From a virus (taxonomy: Duplodnaviria; Caudoviricetes): a stretch of 64,000 nucleotides of DNA. The stretch covers positions 377,905 to 441,904 of IMG/VR virus record IMGVR_UViG_3300029288_005873. One strand, given 5' to 3'. Below the pieces are notes generated by a model. The model searched no databases. It was given only the letters and a program-made list of their open reading frames with translations, and was not told where the DNA came from. Made by a program: the position numbers and the translations under genes. This document shows positions 56,670 to 64,000 of this stretch, in pieces; the first letter of the stretch is position 1, and the number at the start of each line of letters is the position of its first letter.

Positions 56670-57968
56670 CTACTGGCTTTGCGGAGCACTTTCTGGCTCC
56701 TGCGTTTCGATCTCAGCATTTGAGATCAGAAAATCCATGATCTTTTTACCCTTTACTAATTCAACCACACTTCCCATCATTCCCTGTTTCGTTAACATCC
56801 TTTTCATCTGCGTCTTGGGAACTGCCTGCCTAGATGCTTCCTGGTCAAGTAGAGCCTCTACTTCTTCAGGCTTGACATGAAGATTTGGTTCCGCTTCGTA
56901 AATAGCATCCAGCATAAAGGAACGCTTAACATTCCTCATCGACATATCGTAAACCACATTTTTAGTCGCTTCATCCATTTCACCCACAATACCAAGCTGT
57001 TTAACAAGATACTGACATTCTTTGTCGACCCAATCCTCGGGAACATCGAACTCATGTGTAGTAAGTAGAAGATCAACAACCTGCGCCTCAAGGAATTGTC
57101 TACTCTGCCTTCCAACCTCAATATTGGCCTGTTGCTGTATTTCACGCATAAGATCATCCACAGAATTTAGACCATTGCGCGTAGCAAGCTCACTATCTGT
57201 TGGAACAATATTTTCCATGATTTTTCTAATCTTGACGTATACCTGCGCTTCTTTACCACCATGTCCATGAAAATCTTCAGGAAGGACCATTGTGGTTGTC
57301 ACCTCACCATCAATTTGTAATCCGGACACTTTTACCATACCAATTGGTAATTGACCATTTGGTGGAATAACAAATGGTACTCCCTGATGTGCCGAAATTT
57401 CTTTTCCATCTACAGAGATAGAATAGTCGACTACTACGGTTCTTCCAGGTTCCGCTTCCAAACGCTCTTCCGCTTTGGCAAAACGTCTTCGCAATCCTTC
57501 TAGAAGATCGGAAGCTATTTTAGCCTGATCAACAGGCGGTTTGGAAAGACGAAGACCAACATATCCAGAAGGAGTCAAAGTTGGTCGCACCTCTACCACA
57601 ATATCACACGAAAATGTACCATCTATATTGAATTTTGGGTCTTCAACCTTTGGTTCAGACAATGCGGCCAGTTTGTGCTCATATACTGCGTGTAGAAATC
57701 CCTCCTGCGCAAGCATAGTAGAAGCGGTCATTTCGATTTCTTTCGCACAAAACTTTTCAACTAAAGCCTTTGGTGCTTTGCCTTGGCGAAAGCCCTTAAT
57801 TACAACACGCTTACCAACTCCAGTAAGCGCTTTGTCGAAAGCCATCTTTACAGCATCGGCATCATAGGTTATTCCAACCTTTCGCTTAAGACCTCCAAGA
57901 TCTTCAACCGTTACAACGTGATGCCACTGTTCTTCATTCTTTAGTTCATTCTTGTTTTGTTCTTCCAT
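56670..57968 (-). CDS. tig: Trigger factor
   Basis: Ribosome-binding signature GFRQGKAP, FKBP-like middle region, C-terminal helical domain and canonical length (432 aa). Confidence 0.88.
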   Translation of the reverse strand: MEEQNKNELKNEEQWHHVVTVEDLGGLKRKVGITYDADAVKMAFDKALTGVGKRVVIKGFRQGKAPKALVEKFCAKEIEMTASTMLAQEGFLHAVYEHKLAALSEPKVEDPKFNIDGTFSCDIVVEVRPTLTPSGYVGLRLSKPPVDQAKIASDLLEGLRRRFAKAEERLEAEPGRTVVVDYSISVDGKEISAHQGVPFVIPPNGQLPIGMVKVSGLQIDGEVTTTMVLPEDFHGHGGKEAQVYVKIRKIMENIVPTDSELATRNGLNSVDDLMREIQQQANIEVGRQSRQFLEAQVVDLLLTTHEFDVPEDWVDKECQYLVKQLGIVGEMDEATKNVVYDMSMRNVKRSFMLDAIYEAEPNLHVKPEEVEALLDQEASRQAVPKTQMKRMLTKQGMMGSVVELVKGKKIMDFLISNAEIETQEPESAPQSQ

Positions 57969-59969
57969 TCAAGCTCCTTGTCGGATCCCGATGCCAGTCG
58001 CTTTTTTAGCAACATCGGCTTGTCTATGCCATTCTTGCCAAAATACTTTGTCACTAGATTGTCCGCCTTCTTCTAGTCTTATCCGTTCAATCATGGCGGA
58101 CAACAAAGACGTTCTTAATCTAATTATCCTTTGGATCGGCGCATGGCAATGGTGACCTGGCATCAAAAGCGCAACAATTTTTATCATGTCACCAGCGATC
58201 AAACCAGATTTTGGCGACATTGTCACACTCCGCCAATCACAAGCCCTCATTTGTAGTAAGAGTTCTGGTCCAAATATATTATTTGATTCAATTTTTTTAA
58301 TAGACATTATCCAAGCCATACGCGGTTTATCTTTAGTTTTACCAATGGATAATGTATTATTATTGATTTGTATCCGCAAACCTTGGTCTAAGACCCCAGT
58401 AAATGATACTTTTGGTCCTCCAGCATATGTTGGAGGGTGGCAGAACCATTTAAGATCCTCCAAGGATTTCATTTTTGAACCACGCGCATTGCGAATCTCA
58501 ACAATACGCCCAGATATACGTTTAATCCAAGCGCGCAATATGGCATGATGTATTGCTGTTTCGCTACCCTTCATAACATGTGTAGTTTTTTTGCTACCCT
58601 CAGACACAGTCCAGTCAAAAAAGTAGCGAGACGCATCACAAGGATGCTCCATCATCCAATCAGCTACCCCTTCGTAGAAACATCTTGAGATAATGGAAGG
58701 AGCGGTTAACATATTGGAACTTTGCGCATGAATAGCTAATTCTCCAACAAGAAAACCAACTCTCTGCCATGCTGTAATCGCCTGCGAAGGATCTATGTTT
58801 GAATCATCAACCATAGCTCCTTTTATTTGTGTAATCTCCTCACCATCTACACTAGCGTCCCTACCGATAACTTTTGTCCATATGAAAGCGGAAGGTAAGC
58901 CTGTAAACTTTCCAGAACATCCTTGAAAACCAGCTTTTGCGCGCAAAGCTGAAGCTGGAGTGAAATGCTCTCCACAAAAAGGACAACAAAGCGGAAGCAT
59001 CATTAGGTCATCAGATGGTGCGCGGAAACTACGCGCATCTTTGAGAATGCGCACATGCGATAAAGCTTTGGAAGCTCTAATACCATCGGGAGTTGACCAC
59101 CATTTCTCGTTTTCCACGAAATTTACTGGAACAAAATGTCCACGACACTCATTGTTTGGACATACACACACTATTCCACTAAACTCAGAAAATCGCAGTG
59201 CTCGCCCAAAGTTATCGGAAATCTTTGCCGAAATAGGAATACCTTCCGCCTTATGTCTCTCCACAACTAATGAAAGATTGCGCGCATCTTCAGAACAGCG
59301 CTCACAAGAATAAAGACCATCGCGGATATGCTTTGCTTCACATCGTCTAGCTCGTCCACGCTTAGTAGCAAGACAATTAGGGCACATCTTTGTCCTAGCA
59401 AGACGATATCCCATATCAGAACATATTTCTCGCACAAATTCATTAGCTATGGAGCGTACGATATAGCCGCCGGGTTTCTTTGTTGCCTTTCCAGCACAAC
59501 CCCCTCCAGAAAGATATCTATCTAGGGCATGCTCAACTCGCGCTACTATTCTGAATATTACTGAACGCCCAATTGTAGTATTAGCTATTGGATTTCCATT
59601 CTCCTGAGTATTTTCCCCAAAAATAGAATGCGACCATTGACGCATTCCCCATTGTCTACGATTAAACCACGGTCTTCCAAAAATAGATACAGCTTGTGGA
59701 ACAATCCAAGCTTGATACATATCTGACCGTCCTAAAATTGCTGCCCAGTTGGTCTGGTCTCCAACTATCCTATTGAAGCTTTCTTCGTCAGATATTTCCG
59801 CAAAAATACCCATATATGGAACCTTATATGGGATTGGCCACTCTCCATCTTTTGCGCGAAATGTGTCCTGAATTTTTTCCTCCTCAAAAGGCAGTTCTTC
59901 AGGACCAAGAAGGACAGCGTGCTTTGCCAACCACTCCTGGGCTTCCTTACCTAGTTCTTCCATATTCAC
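57969..59969 (-). CDS. Large Zn-binding hypothetical protein, paralog of the C-terminal half of 18040-22173
   Basis: Collinear shared blocks (see finding). Confidence 0.75.
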   Translation of the reverse strand: MNMEELGKEAQEWLAKHAVLLGPEELPFEEEKIQDTFRAKDGEWPIPYKVPYMGIFAEISDEESFNRIVGDQTNWAAILGRSDMYQAWIVPQAVSIFGRPWFNRRQWGMRQWSHSIFGENTQENGNPIANTTIGRSVIFRIVARVEHALDRYLSGGGCAGKATKKPGGYIVRSIANEFVREICSDMGYRLARTKMCPNCLATKRGRARRCEAKHIRDGLYSCERCSEDARNLSLVVERHKAEGIPISAKISDNFGRALRFSEFSGIVCVCPNNECRGHFVPVNFVENEKWWSTPDGIRASKALSHVRILKDARSFRAPSDDLMMLPLCCPFCGEHFTPASALRAKAGFQGCSGKFTGLPSAFIWTKVIGRDASVDGEEITQIKGAMVDDSNIDPSQAITAWQRVGFLVGELAIHAQSSNMLTAPSIISRCFYEGVADWMMEHPCDASRYFFDWTVSEGSKKTTHVMKGSETAIHHAILRAWIKRISGRIVEIRNARGSKMKSLEDLKWFCHPPTYAGGPKVSFTGVLDQGLRIQINNNTLSIGKTKDKPRMAWIMSIKKIESNNIFGPELLLQMRACDWRSVTMSPKSGLIAGDMIKIVALLMPGHHCHAPIQRIIRLRTSLLSAMIERIRLEEGGQSSDKVFWQEWHRQADVAKKATGIGIRQGA

Positions 59970-59973
59970 CGTT

Positions 59974-60525
59974 TCAGCGCATCAAATGATGCCTTGCTTC
60001 TACAAGGCGTTTCCTGAGAACTCTCGTGAGCCCCCATGGCGACATGTTTTCAGAATGTGCTACTTCGCCTATTTTTTCCCCATCGACAAAGATCTTGCGC
60101 ATTATGCGCCCCCACCGTTCATCAAGATTACCAATCTCTCTGGCTAGGTCTATACCCTCTTCTATTCCAATTCCGACTCCACAGGCAATATCTGTAATAT
60201 CAGCTTCCTGTCGCAACAGAAATCCTCGACGCCCAATATCAATCATCCTGTTTCGTACATGTCGATGTAGGAAAGTAGAAAGTTGTGTGTGGAAATCAGA
60301 CCGATATGCCCTCATACCTTCCAAAGCGGCAGCATAAGCTTCCTGATGCATATCAATTTTTTCAAATGCGGGATCAAAACGCCGCCAGTTGGAGAAGCCT
60401 TCTAGGAATTTTGACATCATCTCCAAGACACGTCCAACGCCTATGCCTCCAACAGTATCTACGTATATGGGTACACCATATACCATTGCCAGACCAACAA
60501 AGGGTCTATCATTGGTGTTTGACAA
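59974..60525 (-). CDS. Sigma-70 family RNA polymerase sigma factor (ECF-size)
   Basis: DMHQEAYAAALEGMRAY......LSTFLHRHVRNRMID (region 2) and a region-4-like HTH. Confidence 0.75.
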   Translation of the reverse strand: MSNTNDRPFVGLAMVYGVPIYVDTVGGIGVGRVLEMMSKFLEGFSNWRRFDPAFEKIDMHQEAYAAALEGMRAYRSDFHTQLSTFLHRHVRNRMIDIGRRGFLLRQEADITDIACGVGIGIEEGIDLAREIGNLDERWGRIMRKIFVDGEKIGEVAHSENMSPWGLTRVLRKRLVEARHHLMR

Positions 60526-60537
60526 ATTTTTTTCCTT

Positions 60538-61323
60538 TTACCAGGAGTTAAGGCAGACTTCCTTGAAGTCGCACCAGTCACAGAGCCTGCTCGGCTTTGT
60601 GCGCCAGCGTTCTTCGGCAGTTATACTGTCGGCATACTGGACAAGTTTGTCACGGCATTTCGCAACATCCTCGACAGTAAATTCATACGGAATGATTTGG
60701 CAATCAAGTTTCAGCATAATATATGAAGCACGAAAACGCTCAATATCTGGGAATCTATCCAACATTAGGAGACCATATGTGTTAAGCTGGAAAGGTTCCA
60801 TATATTTAGCATTTTTGCTGGTCTTATAATCACGGACATGTAGCATACCATCTGGATCTCGGTCAATCCTGTCGATAACGCCCGTAAGATCGTATTGTTC
60901 ATTCAGCTGAAGCGTAAATGGAAATTCGACATCTAGGACATTTGGCATGCCTTCACGCTCAATAAAACAAAGATAGTTTGTCAGCATAACTTTTGCTTCA
61001 TGTAGATGCTCATCAGGAAGAGATTTGCCATTGTCTTTCATACGTTTGAAAGCTTCCTCGCTAGAAAGTCCCATCAGTTTGCGTAAGGACTCATTTGAAC
61101 CATCCTTTACATAACGATGGAAAATTTCAAGAGCAGCATGAACATATGTACCAAGCTCCAAATGATCCCATTCCTTTTTTGGAAGCTGGGCTACATATTG
61201 GTAGTAGTATTTTCGCTTACACTGTTCAAACGTTTTTGCGCGTGAAGCTGACAATTTAATTAACGCTTTACGAACTTCTTGTTCGGCATTCTCTTTTTTC
61301 TGTTCATTACTTTCATCTGCCAT
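60538..61323 (-). CDS. PD-(D/E)XK nuclease (RecB/Cas4-like, 4-Cys)
   Basis: LSAS....F.QC.RKY, GT..H..LE, GVIDRID, DYKT, QL..Y, CDWCDFKEVC. Confidence 0.9.
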   Translation of the reverse strand: MADESNEQKKENAEQEVRKALIKLSASRAKTFEQCKRKYYYQYVAQLPKKEWDHLELGTYVHAALEIFHRYVKDGSNESLRKLMGLSSEEAFKRMKDNGKSLPDEHLHEAKVMLTNYLCFIEREGMPNVLDVEFPFTLQLNEQYDLTGVIDRIDRDPDGMLHVRDYKTSKNAKYMEPFQLNTYGLLMLDRFPDIERFRASYIMLKLDCQIIPYEFTVEDVAKCRDKLVQYADSITAEERWRTKPSRLCDWCDFKEVCLNSW

Positions 61324-61419
61324 TTGCTGCCCCTTATATTAAAGCATCTTATTTCCAAGAAAATCATATATTTGATATTAATTGGTTTATATTAATAATC
61401 AAAGCTTGTTTTTCCTATA

Positions 61420-62313
61420 TTAAATCATACTTCTCTTATTATAGATCCAAGTAAAAACAAAGGGCATCACGCCTCGCCTCATACCCACTCCAGAAGGAAG
61501 AACTGCTTCCATCTTCTGAATGCTTTTTATCCACCTACATTCGTTCGAATCGAAATAGTAGAAGACACCAATTCGCTTGTCATAGTCATAAAACTGTCTA
61601 ACTAGCGACCCAGAAATGTATGGCGAAGGCTCATATAAAGATTTTCCACCAAGATATTTAGTCTGGTCCATTGTACCACCCATGGGACGGTTTATGATAA
61701 AGACCGACTGATCTTGGTATCCATCACGCCCATCTATGACGATGAATTGCGACCTTGGATTGAAATAGGCATTGTTGTTGTTTGGCGAACTAGCCTGGGC
61801 ATCAACCGCAGATTCCCTTTCTCCAAGATCACGTGGAAAACCTATGGAGATTAAAGTACCTGGACCTTCACCATCAAAACCCGTTCTTGAGTACTTGGTC
61901 TCAAGTTCTATAAGAGGTATGTCTGATCCCCTTACCGGTATGTCTACAGGATATTCGTTATCTGACAGAGGATGTAATTCATCTGGTCCATATCCGTCTA
62001 CAACAACCTCTTGTATACCATATGCATCAATTACTGGTCCCCTAGGTTGATTTGGTAATCCAGATAAAGAATAGAATGAAATATCAAGAACACCAGTATC
62101 AGGACCGCTCACAGCAAAGACCCTGAGTCGTACATGCATCGTGGTGGGTAGCTGAATTGGCTCAACATATAGAGCCGAAGACACTGTTGGTTCAGAACCG
62201 TCCATTGTATAATAGATAACAGCAGGAAGGTTTGTCTCAAGCCCTATTAGCAAAGGTATTCCAGCAATTAACTGTGATCCCAAGCTGACAGCTGTAACAG
62301 TCAAAACAGCCAT
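61420..62313 (-). CDS. Protein with Fn3-associated/chitobiase C-terminal-like domain
   Basis: IYYTMDGSEPT..S.LY..PI.L......LRVFA. Confidence 0.7.
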   Translation of the reverse strand: MAVLTVTAVSLGSQLIAGIPLLIGLETNLPAVIYYTMDGSEPTVSSALYVEPIQLPTTMHVRLRVFAVSGPDTGVLDISFYSLSGLPNQPRGPVIDAYGIQEVVVDGYGPDELHPLSDNEYPVDIPVRGSDIPLIELETKYSRTGFDGEGPGTLISIGFPRDLGERESAVDAQASSPNNNNAYFNPRSQFIVIDGRDGYQDQSVFIINRPMGGTMDQTKYLGGKSLYEPSPYISGSLVRQFYDYDKRIGVFYYFDSNECRWIKSIQKMEAVLPSGVGMRRGVMPFVFTWIYNKRSMI

Positions 62314-62319
62314 ACGGAG

Positions 62320-62637
62320 TTACCTCCCACCTATCACAAGACGCAAAAGTCTCTGATCGTCCGCCGATTCACCGTTTCTTATATGTAACCTGTGTGCAAC
62401 AGTTCTTAAAGATGTTGATATTGTACGCATACTGTCAGCTACTACTGGATCCACTTCTTTTCCTTCGCGCCACAAGTCAAGGAACTTGTCCGACATATTC
62501 ATCAAATATGTTGCTAAATCCTTCCTTCCTTTGGAGATTTCTCTTTCTGCCATCTCGATTAATGAATCGATAGCCGGTGTGTCGCCTAGATGTGCAAAAA
62601 GCTCAATAGTATAAGCTATTTCATCTGTGTCTATCAT
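62320..62637 (-). CDS. Hypothetical protein
   Basis: Start refined to MIDTDE (ATGA overlap). Confidence 0.6.
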   Translation of the reverse strand: MIDTDEIAYTIELFAHLGDTPAIDSLIEMAEREISKGRKDLATYLMNMSDKFLDLWREGKEVDPVVADSMRTISTSLRTVAHRLHIRNGESADDQRLLRLVIGGR

Positions 62638-63215
62638 TCCATATCCCTCAATATTCCAGAATGTATACAAAACATCTCTATAGCTTTACTTCGCGCCTCC
62701 TGATCAATACATTCATAATTAAGGAACAGTTTGTCGCCCCTCTTCTCAACATCACCGTACTTCAACCTGCTGCCAGGTATTAAAACATTTTCTTCTGGGT
62801 TGAACATATTGGAATTGTTACCTTTTTTTATCTTCATCACCAGAACAACATTTGCTCCCATTGAACGCATGGCACAAAGTTCATCTTGCGTCCTGATATC
62901 AGTTACTACAGCTGGTTGCTTACAATCTGAAATTGCTCCAACCAGCAGATCCACAAAATAGAGAGAACCACGTTCAGATTTAACACGATCACTATGCTTC
63001 CAAAGTCCTTCTCTTATCTCCCGCTCAAGCGGAGCACCTCTTGCTGCCTTAAATTTCTCTTCAGAATACCCACTTGCGGCATAATAGTTACGCTTTATCT
63101 CATCGGCAAAAGCAAAACGCCTGAAATCATGGCGCTCTACAAGATGCTGAGCCAGCGTATCCTTACCAGCTTCAAGCGCCCCAACTAATGCGACGATTAC
63201 CTTTTGGCGTACCAT
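62634..63215 (-). CDS. Deoxynucleoside monophosphate kinase
   Basis: G...AGKDT P-loop, FAFADEIK, VVTDIR..DE. Confidence 0.8.
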   Translation of the reverse strand: MVRQKVIVALVGALEAGKDTLAQHLVERHDFRRFAFADEIKRNYYAASGYSEEKFKAARGAPLEREIREGLWKHSDRVKSERGSLYFVDLLVGAISDCKQPAVVTDIRTQDELCAMRSMGANVVLVMKIKKGNNSNMFNPEENVLIPGSRLKYGDVEKRGDKLFLNYECIDQEARSKAIEMFCIHSGILRDME

Positions 63216-63265
63216 TTTTGCCTCCGTTAGATAAATATAGGAAAATTGATAGTTTTTCGTAACAG

Positions 63266-64000
63266 CTACTGCCGCAGGAAACTTCCAATAGGTCCCTTTT
63301 GTACTGTAATTACGTGGTCAAAGCGCTCCTTCATAGCGTCGTTGTGAGTTATCACCAGAATTTTGAACTCTTTAGATAGGACCAGGAGCGCGTCCGCTAA
63401 AGCTTGTACGCCTCTGCGATCAAGAGCCTGGTCTACCTCATCAAGTAACAGGAATCGCATGCTACTTCCCATGCGTTTCATCAGCACTCCGCTAAGTGCA
63501 AGTCTTACCGCTATAGCAACGCGAACCTGCTCTCCGCCACTTAGGTCCTCAAATTCAAGTGTTTCATCATCCATGGATACCATTATATCAAATGTCTCAC
63601 TCCATGACCCAGACTCGGTTCGTTTTTGGGTGATGAAATCCACTGACATTGGCTTGTCTGATATACGTCTAAGCATATCGTTCGCATACTTCCGCAAATC
63701 ATCTGTTACATTCTCCATGATGATTGCTGGTATTCCCGCTTTACCAAAAGCCTTAGCAAGCTGATTGTGTATATCAAGCTCTTTAACCAGTGCGGGTCTT
63801 TGTGCCAAAAGGGTATTTCGTTCAGAGATGCGGCGACCAAGATCTTCCGAATGTCCTTGGAAATTACCATATTCGACACTCATCTTTACCAAAGACTGTC
63901 TATCGTTTTCTAGTTCTTTTTCTAGTTCGAGTACCTTGGTTCTTCCTCCATCATCCGTACTTTCTTGGATAAGAGCCTTTTTTGTTTTAAGGTCCTGCCA
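63266..64000 (-). CDS. SbcC/Rad50 (gp46-like) ATPase, C-terminal part (5' end outside window)
   Basis: LSGGEQ signature, LLLDE..ALD and VITH; frame open to position 64000. Confidence 0.9.
   Translation of the reverse strand, partial: WQDLKTKKALIQESTDDGGRTKVLELEKELENDRQSLVKMSVEYGNFQGHSEDLGRRISERNTLLAQRPALVKELDIHNQLAKAFGKAGIPAIIMENVTDDLRKYANDMLRRISDKPMSVDFITQKRTESGSWSETFDIMVSMDDETLEFEDLSGGEQVRVAIAVRLALSGVLMKRMGSSMRFLLLDEVDQALDRRGVQALADALLVLSKEFKILVITHNDAMKERFDHVITVQKGPIGSFLRQ

Noticed and set aside
46520-57968. Bacterial chromosome origin suggested by recA, dnaE, dnaJ and tig
   Set aside because: These genes are interleaved with phage-type SSB, UvsY-like and RuvC genes, are co-oriented with terminase and portal, and lack their usual bacterial neighbours (clpP, dnaK).
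60538-61323. Cas4-like nuclease as evidence of a CRISPR-Cas locus
   Set aside because: No repeat-spacer array or other cas genes were seen, and stand-alone RecB/Cas4-like nucleases are common in phages.
75-63972. Numerous plus-strand ORFs in the track (e.g. 5339-6247, 25827-26831, 24412-25233)
   Set aside because: They are antisense shadows of minus-strand genes, Ser/Phe/Leu-rich, with no recognisable motifs.
1-64000. Genome-wide TAG reassignment (genetic code 15)
   Set aside because: ORFs over 1000 aa contain no internal TAG, and many genes (scaffold, recA, tig, SSB) end in TAG directly followed by a terminator or the next gene's start.
1-64000. tRNA or rRNA genes
   Set aside because: The few intergenic gaps show no cloverleaf or T-loop pattern that I could recognise by eye; tRNAscan would be needed to exclude them.

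Overview
This is a 64 kb segment of a large (jumbo-type) tailed dsDNA bacteriophage genome. All credible genes lie on the minus strand and are tightly packed, often with overlapping stop/start codons. Read in transcription direction (right to left), the first part is a replication, recombination and host-like module: SbcC/Rad50, dNMP kinase, PD-(D/E)XK nuclease, sigma factor, trigger factor, DnaE, UvsY-like protein, gp32-like SSB, RuvC, DnaJ, serine protease, RecA and an intein-containing nucleotide-sugar dehydrogenase. The second part is a head-morphogenesis module: CCA-adding enzyme, terminase large subunit, intein-containing portal and a prohead protease-scaffold fusion. No major capsid gene was recognised in the window. 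Between portal and protease lies a block of multidomain proteins carrying all three NHEJ LigD activities (ligase, primase-polymerase, phosphoesterase), a 2H phosphoesterase, DJ-1/PfpI, ferritin-like, tyrosine phosphatase, ASCH, lysozyme-like and metallopeptidase domains. Many of these domains are delimited by a recurring (L)P(I/L)S(K/R)RA linker. A second recurring ~24-aa helical motif (LxxLAxxLDxxGxxxxAxxlDxxL) occurs in at least 8 otherwise unrelated head-region proteins. My inference is a capsid cargo-loading and proteolytic-release system for an injected enzyme toolkit. Two head-region genes also carry an in-frame TAG near their 5' end, and a CTATCAAT motif recurs upstream of several genes. 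All functional calls come from motif recognition by eye; no searches were run.
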